Source of the DNA: an uncultured Clostridia bacterium
Lineage (GTDB): Bacteria; Bacillota; Clostridia; Christensenellales; CAG-917
Direction: 5' to 3'
Assembly (NCBI GenBank): GCA_949286725.1
Contig: CASECZ010000002.1
Location: 348,635-412,634 of the forward strand
Length of the DNA: 64,000 bases
A model generated the notes under the pieces. It made no database searches and had not been told where the DNA came from. It was given only the letters and a program-made list of their open reading frames with translations. The position numbers were made by a program, and so were the translations under genes. Positions within the stretch are counted from its first letter, which is position 1, and the number at the start of each line of letters is the position of its first letter. Shown here piece after piece: positions 48,845 through 57,615 of this stretch.

Positions 48845-49873
48845 ATGTCCGAAAACAACGATAAAGTGCAGATTGAGAGAAAAAAAGTGGTATTGAGCGG
48901 CATACAGCCCACGGGCACGATTACGCTCGGCAACTACCTCGGCGCCGTTTCCAACTGGGGCAAAATGCAGGAGGAGTTCGATTCCGTTTTCTTCATCGCC
49001 GACCTTCACGCTCTCACCGTCCGTCGCGAGCCCGCGGAGTTCAGACAGACCTGTATGAGCTTCTTCGCGCAACTTCTCGCGTGCGGTATCGACCCCGAAA
49101 AGGCGGTGCTTTATTTCCAGTCGCACGTACACGAACACGCCGAACTGCAATGGATACTCAATTGCAACACGTATGTCGGCGAGGCGTCGCGTATGACGCA
49201 GTTCAAGGATAAGAGCGCGAAACACGCCGACAACATCAATATGGGACTTATGGACTATCCCGTGCTTATGGCGGCGGACATTCTGTTGTTCCGCACCTCG
49301 CTGGTGCCCGTCGGTATCGACCAGAAACAGCACCTCGAACTCACGCGCGATATCGCCATACGTTTCAACAACCGTTACGGCGACACCTTCGTGGTGCCCG
49401 AACCGTACATTCCCCAAACGGGCGCAAAGATTTGTTCCTTGCAGGACCCGACCGTCAAGATGTCCAAATCCGACCCCGACACCAACGCGTGGGTATCCGT
49501 CATCGAGGACGAGGGAACAATAGTAAAGAAGTTCAAGCGTGCGGTCACGGACAGCGGCAACGAAATCGTTGCCCGCGAGGACAAGCCCGGTATAAGCAAT
49601 CTGCTTGCAATTTATGCGGCAATCGAGGGCAAGACGGTCGCCGCCGCCGAAAAGGAATTCGCGGGGCAGGGCTACGGCACATTCAAGGTCGCCGTGGGCG
49701 AAGCCGTCGCGGCGAAGTTCAAGCCCGTGCGCGAGGCGTACAACAGATATCTTGCCGACAAGGCGTATCTTGCCGAAGTTGCAAAAACGGGAGCGGAGAA
49801 AGCCTCGTATATGGGGCGCAGAACGCTTGCCAAGGTCAAAAAGAAAGTGGGACTCGTGTCCTTCGACAAATAG
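48845..49873 (+). CDS. trpS: Tryptophan--tRNA ligase
   Basis: SGIQPTGTITLGNYLGA (HIGH region) and KMSKS. ACAGGAG RBS. The start is 13 nt after the thrC stop. Confidence 0.95.
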   Translation: MSENNDKVQIERKKVVLSGIQPTGTITLGNYLGAVSNWGKMQEEFDSVFFIADLHALTVRREPAEFRQTCMSFFAQLLACGIDPEKAVLYFQSHVHEHAELQWILNCNTYVGEASRMTQFKDKSAKHADNINMGLMDYPVLMAADILLFRTSLVPVGIDQKQHLELTRDIAIRFNNRYGDTFVVPEPYIPQTGAKICSLQDPTVKMSKSDPDTNAWVSVIEDEGTIVKKFKRAVTDSGNEIVAREDKPGISNLLAIYAAIEGKTVAAAEKEFAGQGYGTFKVAVGEAVAAKFKPVREAYNRYLADKAYLAEVAKTGAEKASYMGRRTLAKVKKKVGLVSFDK

Positions 49874-49974
49874 TGCGGAGGCGCGCCGCGGCAAACGCAA
49901 AACAGCGCGTGCGTGCGCGTATTTTTCGACATTAAGCAAAAATTAACGATAGCGCGTTACGCTCAGGGTGAAAA

Positions 49975-50835
49975 GTGTTCGGTTACGTCATTCCCGACAA
50001 GAATAATATGTACGTCAAGGACTTCAACGTCTTTCAGGCGTATTATTGCGGGCTGTGCAAGGCTCTTGCAAAGACGGGCGCACCGCACACCAGACTTTGC
50101 ACCAACTACGACACCACGTTTTACAACGCGCTGTTGCATTCCGTGGCGGGCAAAGAGGTGCAGTTCGAACGCAAACTCTGCGCGTACAACGGAAAGAAGA
50201 AGACCGTCGTCAAATGCGACGAGCTGACCGCAAAGGTCGCCGACCTTTCCGTCTTGCTGGTGTACTACAACGCCGACGACGACGTAAAGGACGGCAAACG
50301 CTCCCGCGTGTTCGTGCGGGACGCCCTTGCGGCGAGAAAGTGCAGAGCGGCAAAGCGTATGCCCGAAATCGACGCGCTGATGCGCGAGAGTTTCCGCAAA
50401 CTCGCCGTGCTCGAAAAGCGCAACTGCGCCAACATCGACCAGGTTGCCGACTGCTTCGCCTCGCTTATGCGCGACGTGACGCGGCAACTCGTCAAAACGG
50501 ACGACAACGTGGACACGTTCACGTACAATCTCGGCAGATTGGTGTATCTGTTCGACGCAGTGGACGATGTGGAAAGCGACGCGAAGAAGGGCAGATACAA
50601 TCCGCTGCTTGCCGCATACGGGGAGTGCGCTTCCAAGGCGGAGTTTTTGGAAAAGAACGGGCAGGAACTGGATTTTCTGTTGCGTTCCACCTATAACAGA
50701 ATGGTCGGAGCATACAACGCGATGAACATAGTCGTCAGCGAAGGCGTGCTTTCGAATACAGTATATCTCGGCATCGATATGCAGATGGAGCGACTGCTCA
50801 AAGGAGAGGAAAAATGCCAAATGACCCGTTTGTGA
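49975..50835 (+). CDS. DUF5685 family protein
   Basis: GTG start giving MFGYVIPDKNNM..FQAYYCGLCKAL, the N-terminal pattern I associate with DUF5685. 286 aa. Overlaps the next gene by 22 nt. Confidence 0.7.
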   Translation: MFGYVIPDKNNMYVKDFNVFQAYYCGLCKALAKTGAPHTRLCTNYDTTFYNALLHSVAGKEVQFERKLCAYNGKKKTVVKCDELTAKVADLSVLLVYYNADDDVKDGKRSRVFVRDALAARKCRAAKRMPEIDALMRESFRKLAVLEKRNCANIDQVADCFASLMRDVTRQLVKTDDNVDTFTYNLGRLVYLFDAVDDVESDAKKGRYNPLLAAYGECASKAEFLEKNGQELDFLLRSTYNRMVGAYNAMNIVVSEGVLSNTVYLGIDMQMERLLKGEEKCQMTRL

Positions 50836-51473
50836 TTCTGGGGCTGCAAAAGGGCGCATCTCAAAGCGAAATCCTGGAAGCGTACAAGAAAAAGCGCGAG
50901 TATTACGCCGCGCACGTTTTCGACGAGGGCGACGCGGGCGCGGAAGCCGCGCGTATGCTCGAAGTGCTCGACACCGCCTACCAGGACGCAATGACCTACA
51001 CGCACGAGAACGCCACCGTGGACTCCGGCGATGCAAACCAGTTCGACGCGGTGCGCGCCGCGATTTCCGCCAAGGATTTCGTCAAGGCGCAATCCCTGCT
51101 TGATGATATGTACTACCGCGGGGCGGAGTGGCACTACTATCAGGCTATCGTGTTCTACGAGAAAAACTGGCTCAACGAGAGTAAAAAGCAACTGGAACTC
51201 GCCGTCGATATGGACCCCGAAAACGAGAAATATAAAAAAGCGTTGGAAAATATGAAACGCAAAATCGACGGCACCAACGCCTTTAACGGGCAGCAAGCCA
51301 ACGGACAGGCGGGCAACGGGCAGGGACAACAGTATTATTCCTCTCAACGCACGTACTCGCAACAACAGGCGCAACCTTCAGCGGCGGACGGCTGCTGCAC
51401 GGCGTGCCAGTGTGCCATCTGCGCCGACTGCTGCTGCGAATGTCTGGGCGGCGACCTCATCCGCTGCTGCTGA
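50814..51473 (+). CDS. J-like domain / TPR protein with C-terminal cysteine string
   Basis: DPFVILGLQKGASQSEILEAYKKK.. is J-domain helix I-II, but HPD is replaced by HVFDEG. TPR-like WHYYQAIVFYEKNWLNESKKQLELAVDMDPEN. Q/N/G-rich linker. The last 26 aa, CCTACQCAICADCCCECLGGDLIRCC, hold 11 Cys. Confidence 0.8.
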   Translation: MPNDPFVILGLQKGASQSEILEAYKKKREYYAAHVFDEGDAGAEAARMLEVLDTAYQDAMTYTHENATVDSGDANQFDAVRAAISAKDFVKAQSLLDDMYYRGAEWHYYQAIVFYEKNWLNESKKQLELAVDMDPENEKYKKALENMKRKIDGTNAFNGQQANGQAGNGQGQQYYSSQRTYSQQQAQPSAADGCCTACQCAICADCCCECLGGDLIRCC

Positions 51474-52096
51474 TGAAAAAGGGAAGGCTGTCCCCACGTA
51501 ACGTAACTTACGCGCTTGCGCTCGCGGGCATATCCGCCGCGCTTGCGCTTTTGTTTGTCTGGTTGGGCGTCGTGCTCCGCTACGTAACTATTGCGATGTT
51601 CGCGGCGGCGGGTTGCGCGATAATGGTGCCCGTCAGCAAGAAGTATTACGCCTCGGGCATATTCGCCTACGCGGTATCCGCTGGGCTTTCTTTTTTGGTC
51701 GGCGACGTTGCCGCAGTCACGGGCTACGTCGTATATTTCGGACCAATGTCGTTGCTTACGGCGTTTCTTGCCGACAAGAACGTGCGGTGGTATATCGCCT
51801 ATCCCGTCAAAATCGTCTATATCAACGCCGCGCTCGCCGCGCTTTACTACGGCTTGCAGGCGATAGACGTCATTGCGCCCGACGTCGCGGCGCACTTCGA
51901 GTACTGGGCGATTGCCATACTCGGCACGGTCGCGCTGCTCGTCATAGACCTGCTTATGCAGTACGTCTACCGCACGTTGAAAAAGGTGCTTGCAAAGGTT
52001 TTGCGCGACAAGGGCGACAACCCCGTCACGGAAGAGGAGATACGCCGCGAGGACGAGCGTGAGAACGACGACAACCCCTTCGGCGACGATATGTGA
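51473..52096 (+). CDS. Polytopic membrane protein (about 5 TM) with acidic C-terminal tail
   Basis: The ATG shares one nt with the preceding stop (TGATG). It has hydrophobic helices and a tail EEEIRREDERENDDNPFGDDM. The track's 23-codon extension is rejected. Confidence 0.75.
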   Translation: MKKGRLSPRNVTYALALAGISAALALLFVWLGVVLRYVTIAMFAAAGCAIMVPVSKKYYASGIFAYAVSAGLSFLVGDVAAVTGYVVYFGPMSLLTAFLADKNVRWYIAYPVKIVYINAALAALYYGLQAIDVIAPDVAAHFEYWAIAILGTVALLVIDLLMQYVYRTLKKVLAKVLRDKGDNPVTEEEIRREDERENDDNPFGDDM

Positions 52097-52168
52097 CCGA
52101 CGTCGGAAAAAGAAACGGAGCGCGGGTAAAAAAGAAATTTAATCGCAAAAACAAGCGTTTAACAATAC

Positions 52169-52200
52169 AAAACGGGCAGTAAAGCCCGTTTTTTTGTTTG
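52169..52200. terminator. Bidirectional terminator between the membrane-protein gene and arsR-like gene
   Basis: aaaacgggc-agtaaa-gcccgtttt with tttttgttt downstream. Confidence 0.75.
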
Positions 52201-52260
52201 ATTGTGCCACTACGTCGCCGCAGGGAAAAACGCGGGCGACGTTTTGTTCGTCGGGAGTGT

Positions 52261-52593
52261 TCAGAGGTTCAGGAATTTCACCCCTGCGAACATCACGTCT
52301 TCGATTGCACGGTTTTTCAAGGAGTAGTACACGATTTTTCCGTCCCGCCTTTGGCGCACGATGTCCGCCGCGCGCAATAGGCGCAGCTGGTGCGAGCAGG
52401 TGGTCTGATTGAGCCCCAGTACGCCCGCAAGGTCGCCCACGCACATTTCGGATATGGACAGAGCGCATATTATTTTCGCGCGGGTCGCGTCGCCGCACGC
52501 CGAAAAGAATTCCGACAGCGTGTGCAGGGTCGCGTTGCGCGGGACGTACTTTTTGATGAGTCGGACGGTTTCCTCGTCGAGCATAGTTTCCAT
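52261..52593 (-). CDS. ArsR/SmtB family transcriptional regulator
   Basis: 110 aa. GDATRAKIICALSISEMCVGDLAGVLGLNQTTCSHQLRLLR is the winged-HTH core. The 109-codon upstream extension in the track is antisense to a better small ORF and is rejected. Confidence 0.85.
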   Translation of the reverse strand: METMLDEETVRLIKKYVPRNATLHTLSEFFSACGDATRAKIICALSISEMCVGDLAGVLGLNQTTCSHQLRLLRAADIVRQRRDGKIVYYSLKNRAIEDVMFAGVKFLNL

Positions 52594-52684
52594 AGCCGCA
52601 TTATAATTCCTACGGCGACGGAAAATTTTGAGTAACTTTGTCGAGGAGCTACGCATATTGTGATAAAAAGTCGGAGGTACGGAT

Positions 52685-52882
52685 ATGACTTTCAACGAGA
52701 ACTGGTTTTTGTTCCTGCTCGTCGTGATGGCGGTGTTCGCCTCCGACGGCACGGTGTCGAGCACGGAAACCGCGGTCATGCTTGCCATTTTGTTCGCGCT
52801 TACCGTGGCGGGTCCCACCCTGGTGTCGTCGGACGACGCCGACGACACAGACGACTCCCGCAACTGTTTCTGCAACAAGTAA
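52685..52882 (+). CDS. Candidate small (65-aa) two-helix membrane protein with acidic, CFC-containing tail
   Basis: GGAGG sits 7 nt upstream of the ATG. Codon third positions are strongly G/C, like confirmed genes here. Two hydrophobic segments, then SSDDADDTDDSRNCFCNK. Divergent from the ArsR-like gene. Confidence 0.5.
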   Translation: MTFNENWFLFLLVVMAVFASDGTVSSTETAVMLAILFALTVAGPTLVSSDDADDTDDSRNCFCNK

Positions 52883-52962
52883 GCGGGAGGGGCTTTCCGT
52901 GCTTTTGCGCGGGCGGGCACATATTCTATTTACTATTTGTTATTTTGCGGTATAATATAGCC

Positions 52963-54819
52963 GTGGACTTCAAAGCGAAACTCAAAGACGTGCCGGAAAA
53001 CCCCGGCGTTTATCTGATGTCGAACGAGGACGGAGAAATCATTTACGTCGGCAAAGCCAAAAACCTCCGCGCCAGGCTTCGGCAATACTTTTACAGTTCG
53101 GGCAACAAGACCGCCAAGGTCATGGCTATGCTCGAACACGTTGCCGATTTCCGTTATATCATCTGCCCGAGCGAGGTGGACGCCCTCGTCACGGAAAACA
53201 ACCTCATAAAGAAGTACACTCCGCGTTACAACATTCTGCTCAAAGACGACAAGGCGTATCCCTTCCTGCGTATCGATACCAAGGAGGATTTCCCGACCAT
53301 ACGTCTTGTCAGAAAACTCAAAAACGACGGCGCGCATTACTTCGGACCCTACATGCAGTCCGTCAACATCAAGGATATCTTCGACCTCATTCACACGGCG
53401 TTTTCCGTGCGCGACTGCAACCGCGACATGAGCAAGCCTTCGCGCCCCTGCCTGAACTATCACCTGGGGCGGTGTCTTGCGCCCTGTTCGGGCAAACTGG
53501 ACAAACAGAGGTACGCCGAGGAGATAAAAAAGGTCATCGCGTTTCTGCGCGGCAACGACAGGGAAGTGGAGCGCGTGCTCACCGAGCGTATGAAGAAGTT
53601 CGCCGACGAGGAGAACTTCGAAGTCGCGCTCAACTACAAGCACAAGCTCAAAGTGCTGGACAACCTCGTGCGCAAGCAGGTCAGCGCTTTGCCCGCGGAG
53701 TTCAACCTGGACATCTTCTCGTACGAGACAAACGGTATTCTCGGGGCGGTCAATATGCTGGTCGTTCGGGGCGGCAAACTGGTCGGCGGGGAGAACAGCG
53801 TGTTTAACACGGCGGACGAGGACGCGACGTCTTATATCTTTCAGTACTACACGCGCAACGCTCCCGTCTGCGACGAAGTCGTCACGGACTGCGTGGAAAG
53901 CGCGGCGGCTCTCGAAGAGGCACTCTGCAAACTGGCGCACCGAACGGTGCGGGTCATCGAACCCAAACAGGGCGTGCGGCGTCAGCTTCTCGACCTGTCG
54001 CATTCCAACGCCTACGACGCCTTGCAGAAACACGGCACGACGGAGGAACGCAAACGCGTGCGCACGTCGGGTGCCGTTGAACAGCTCGGCGAACTGCTCA
54101 ATCTGCCCGTGCTTCCCAACCGCATAGAGGCGTACGACATTTCGCATATATCGGGCACGGACAAGGTGGCGAGTATGGCGGTGTTCGAGGGCGGCGAGCC
54201 GCGCAAGGCGCATTACCGCAAGTTCCGCATAAAGACCGTGGAGGGCAACAACGATTTCGCCTGCATGAAGGAGACGCTGAAACGCAGGTTGGCGCGTCTG
54301 GACGAGGGTACGGACGAGAGTTTCGCCACGCCTCCCGACCTGATACTGATAGACGGCGGCAAAGGACAACTCGCGTATGCGTTGGAGGCGTTGCACGAAT
54401 GCGGCAAGGACGACCTTGCCATACTGTCGCTTGCCAAACGCGAAGAGGAAGTGTTTTTGGGCACTTCGCCCAAAACGCCGATTGTACTTCCCAAGGACTG
54501 CGTGGCGTTGCAGATGTTGCAGAGGGTGCGCGACGAGGCGCATAGGTTTGCCATAACCTATCATCGCACGTTGCGCTCCAAGCATATGTCGGAGAGCAAA
54601 CTGCGCGAAATCAAGGGTGTGGGCAAAGCCCGCGCGGCGGCGTTGCTTGCCGCGTTCGGGTCGGTCGAAAACGTCCGCCACGCAAGCGTGGAGCAGATTG
54701 CTTCGCTGGACGGATTTTCCGAAAAGACGGCGCACGCCGTGCTCGACGCGCTGAACGCCGACACGACGGCAAAGCGCGACGCGGAGGAGAAAGGCGCGGA
54801 CGCGGACGGTCGCGAGTGA
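52963..54819 (+). CDS. uvrC: Excinuclease ABC subunit C
   Basis: GIY-YIG domain PGVYLMSNEDGEIIYVGKAKNLRARLRQYF and C-terminal HhH region. I set the start at GTG 52963 (TTG 52945 is an alternative). No RBS is visible. Confidence 0.92.
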   Translation: MDFKAKLKDVPENPGVYLMSNEDGEIIYVGKAKNLRARLRQYFYSSGNKTAKVMAMLEHVADFRYIICPSEVDALVTENNLIKKYTPRYNILLKDDKAYPFLRIDTKEDFPTIRLVRKLKNDGAHYFGPYMQSVNIKDIFDLIHTAFSVRDCNRDMSKPSRPCLNYHLGRCLAPCSGKLDKQRYAEEIKKVIAFLRGNDREVERVLTERMKKFADEENFEVALNYKHKLKVLDNLVRKQVSALPAEFNLDIFSYETNGILGAVNMLVVRGGKLVGGENSVFNTADEDATSYIFQYYTRNAPVCDEVVTDCVESAAALEEALCKLAHRTVRVIEPKQGVRRQLLDLSHSNAYDALQKHGTTEERKRVRTSGAVEQLGELLNLPVLPNRIEAYDISHISGTDKVASMAVFEGGEPRKAHYRKFRIKTVEGNNDFACMKETLKRRLARLDEGTDESFATPPDLILIDGGKGQLAYALEALHECGKDDLAILSLAKREEEVFLGTSPKTPIVLPKDCVALQMLQRVRDEAHRFAITYHRTLRSKHMSESKLREIKGVGKARAAALLAAFGSVENVRHASVEQIASLDGFSEKTAHAVLDALNADTTAKRDAEEKGADADGRE

Positions 54820-54863
54820 CCGACGCGCGTGTTTTTTTCGCGCGTACAACAAGGTGAACCTTG

Positions 54864-54892
54864 TTGTGGAAAACGGGAAATTGATGTATAAT
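54864..54892 (+). promoter_or_regulatory. Sigma-70-like promoter for hprK
   Basis: TTGTGG-17 nt-TATAAT (TG immediately upstream of the -10). Confidence 0.45.
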
Positions 54893-54909
54893 CGAAATTC
54901 GGAGGAATT

Positions 54910-55872
54910 ATGAGCAACGGAGTAGAGATGGAAAAGGAAAGAAGAAGCCTGCACATATCGCCCGAAAAGTTCGCGGGGGACCTCGGACTGCACATCGTGT
55001 ACGCGCCGGAAGGGGACCTCGTTTTCAGGTCCACGGCGACCAATCGCCCCGGACTGCTGTTCGCGGGGTTCGACGAATATTTCCCCGCGCACCGCATACA
55101 GGCGCTCGGCAACGCCGAAATGGCGTATCTCAATTCGCTGGGCGAAAAGTACCGCGAAATGCAGGTTGACAGACTGTTTTCCAAAAGACCGCCCTGCGTC
55201 ATAGTTTCGCAAAGCCGCGCGGTGGACGAAAAGATGATTGCCATTGCGGAGAAGTACAATGTCGCGCTGTTCGTCAGCGGGAGCACCACTTCCGCCGTCG
55301 AGAGCGATGCGGTGCATTATCTCACGACCGCGCTTGCCGAGAGCGCAACAATTCACGGCGAGTTGCTGGACATCAGCGGCATAGGCGTGCTGATCATAGG
55401 TGAGAGCGGCATAGGCAAGTCGGAAACGGCGCTCGAACTGGTGCACCGCGGGCATATGCTGGTTGCCGACGACCTCGTTGAGGTCAAACGCATAAAGAAC
55501 AAGATTTACGGCTATCCCTCCAAGACGACCGCAAACATGCTGGAAGTCCGCGGCGTCGGGCTCATCGACGTGGAGGCGATGTACGGCGTGGGAGGCGTGC
55601 TCAATCAGAAGCGCATTCACCTCGTCATCGAGATGGAGAAGTGGGACGACAACAAGAGTTACGACCGACTGGGCAACGAAAATCTGACCTACGACATTCT
55701 GGGAATAACCTTCCAACGCATAGTCGTACCCGTGTCGGCGGGCAGAAACCTTGCGGTCGTCATAGAGGCGGCAAGCCGCAACTTCCGACTCAAAAGTATG
55801 GGCAAGGACGCACTTGACGAATTGTCGTTGCGTCTTATGGAGAAAAACCGTCCCAGCGAAACGGATTACTGA
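54910..55872 (+). CDS. hprK: HPr kinase/phosphorylase
   Basis: P-loop GESGIGKSETALEL and signature LVADD..EVRG.G. 320 aa. GGAGG RBS. Confidence 0.95.
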   Translation: MSNGVEMEKERRSLHISPEKFAGDLGLHIVYAPEGDLVFRSTATNRPGLLFAGFDEYFPAHRIQALGNAEMAYLNSLGEKYREMQVDRLFSKRPPCVIVSQSRAVDEKMIAIAEKYNVALFVSGSTTSAVESDAVHYLTTALAESATIHGELLDISGIGVLIIGESGIGKSETALELVHRGHMLVADDLVEVKRIKNKIYGYPSKTTANMLEVRGVGLIDVEAMYGVGGVLNQKRIHLVIEMEKWDDNKSYDRLGNENLTYDILGITFQRIVVPVSAGRNLAVVIEAASRNFRLKSMGKDALDELSLRLMEKNRPSETDY

Positions 55873-55914
55873 CAAACTATAATCGAAAAGCCGTCTGCGG
55901 CATAGAATTTTCGT

Positions 55915-56805
55915 ATGACGCAGACGGAGATATCGGCGCTTGACGCGCTTGCTGTAAAAATCGGTTTGACCGTGACGGAGGACGTGCCCGCAGCGCAGGT
56001 GACGACCTTTCGCGGCGGCGGGACTTTGAAGCGGCTGTATTTGCCGCACACACTGTCGCAGTTGCAGACTTTCGTACGCGGTTGCCGCGCTTTCGGAGAG
56101 GAACCTTTCATTCTCGGCGGCGGCTCGGATACCGTGATTGCCGACGGCGAGGTTTCGCGGGCGGTTGTGCGCACGACGGAACTTCGTGTGGTTAAAATGA
56201 CCGATAGAGGCGTGTTTGCGGAGTGCGGAGCGCGTATAAGCGCGCTCAACGCGTTTGCCGTGCAACACGGGTTCGGCGGTTTGGAGTTCCTTTGCGGAGT
56301 GCCTGCCACGGTGGGCGGCGCGTTGCGTATGAACGCGGGCGCGTTCGGGTGGGAAACGGCGGATTTCGTAAAAGAGATAACCTGTCTTGCGCCCGACGGC
56401 GACATCGTGGACGTTCCCGCGGGGGAAGTCGGGTTTGCCTACCGCGAAGGCGTGAAAATGCCCGTGTTGTCCGCATTATTCGGGCTGACGCCTACGAGTG
56501 CGGAAGAGAGCGCCTCGCGTGCGTCGGAGTACACGGGTATCCGTCGCAGGAAACAGCCCTCTTTGCCTTCCTGCGGAAGCGTTTTCAGAGGAGCCGAAAA
56601 GCCCGCGGGTTTTTACATCGAACGCGCGGGGCTGAAAGGCGCGCGCAGGGGCGGGGCGGCGGTGTCCGCCGTTCACGCCAATTTCATCGTCAACGAAGGC
56701 AACGCCACGGTTTCGGATTTTCTGCGGCTTGCCGACCTCGTCCACGACAGAGTGCTGGCTCTGTTCGGAGTGGACCTCGAAAGGGAGTTCGTGCTTTTGG
56801 AGTAG
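55915..56805 (+). CDS. murB: UDP-N-acetylenolpyruvoylglucosamine reductase
   Basis: FAD-binding TTFRGGG..LGGGSDT, C-terminal SCGSVFR and AGLKG..GGA.VS..HANF. Confidence 0.9.
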   Translation: MTQTEISALDALAVKIGLTVTEDVPAAQVTTFRGGGTLKRLYLPHTLSQLQTFVRGCRAFGEEPFILGGGSDTVIADGEVSRAVVRTTELRVVKMTDRGVFAECGARISALNAFAVQHGFGGLEFLCGVPATVGGALRMNAGAFGWETADFVKEITCLAPDGDIVDVPAGEVGFAYREGVKMPVLSALFGLTPTSAEESASRASEYTGIRRRKQPSLPSCGSVFRGAEKPAGFYIERAGLKGARRGGAAVSAVHANFIVNEGNATVSDFLRLADLVHDRVLALFGVDLEREFVLLE

Positions 56806-56835
56806 TCACGGACGGAATACGGAGGACGAAAGGTT

Positions 56836-57615
56836 ATGGAAATCTGGGGAGATTATCACATTCACACGCGCGCCAGCGACGGGCAGGGGCACGTCGCGGA
56901 CAAGTTCGCCTGCGCAAGCGCGAGAGGTTTGCGCGAGATAGCCGTTGCCGACCACGGTTACGGTGCCATAATCTTTCATCAGACGGACAAGAAGTTCGAC
57001 GCCGAAAAGCGCGACGTCGAGCGCGCAAACGGGCTCGACTCGGTAAAGGTATATCAAAGCATAGAGGCGACGCCGCTCAACGAGGCGGGCGACCTCGACG
57101 TGCCCGACGCGACGATTGCCCGATGCGACATTCTGCACTTCGGCTTTCACCGTCTCATACAGTGGCGACACGTCAAAAAGTGTCCCCGCTATTTCATAGT
57201 CAACGGCTGGGGCACCCGCTGGGCGCGCAGCGAAGAGGACCTCGTGGAGTTCAACACGCGCGTCTATCTCAACGTGCTGGACCGCTATCCCGTGGACGTG
57301 ATATGCCACCTGAACCACCGCGCCCGCGTCGACGTGCGCAGGATATGCACGCGTGCCGCCGAAGACGGCGTGTACGTCGAACTCAACGAAAAGCACATCG
57401 AAACGCTGGAAGACTGCATAGACACCGTGCTGGCGACCGACGTGGAATTCATACTCGGCTCGGACGCGCACCGCACCTCCGACGTGGGGAACTTCACGCG
57501 GGTCAAGTCCTTCATCGAACGGCACGCCATACCCCCCGAAAGGATATGCGGCGTCGGAGCGAAACCGCACTTCCGCGCCAAAGCCGACTTCGGAAAAGGC
57601 AAGGAGAACTTATGA
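56836..57615 (+). CDS. PHP-domain metal-dependent phosphoesterase
   Basis: GDYHIHTRASDG..IAVADHG and a later HLNH / GSDAH metal-ligand pattern. The stop overlaps the whiA start (ATGA). Confidence 0.8.
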   Translation: MEIWGDYHIHTRASDGQGHVADKFACASARGLREIAVADHGYGAIIFHQTDKKFDAEKRDVERANGLDSVKVYQSIEATPLNEAGDLDVPDATIARCDILHFGFHRLIQWRHVKKCPRYFIVNGWGTRWARSEEDLVEFNTRVYLNVLDRYPVDVICHLNHRARVDVRRICTRAAEDGVYVELNEKHIETLEDCIDTVLATDVEFILGSDAHRTSDVGNFTRVKSFIERHAIPPERICGVGAKPHFRAKADFGKGKENL

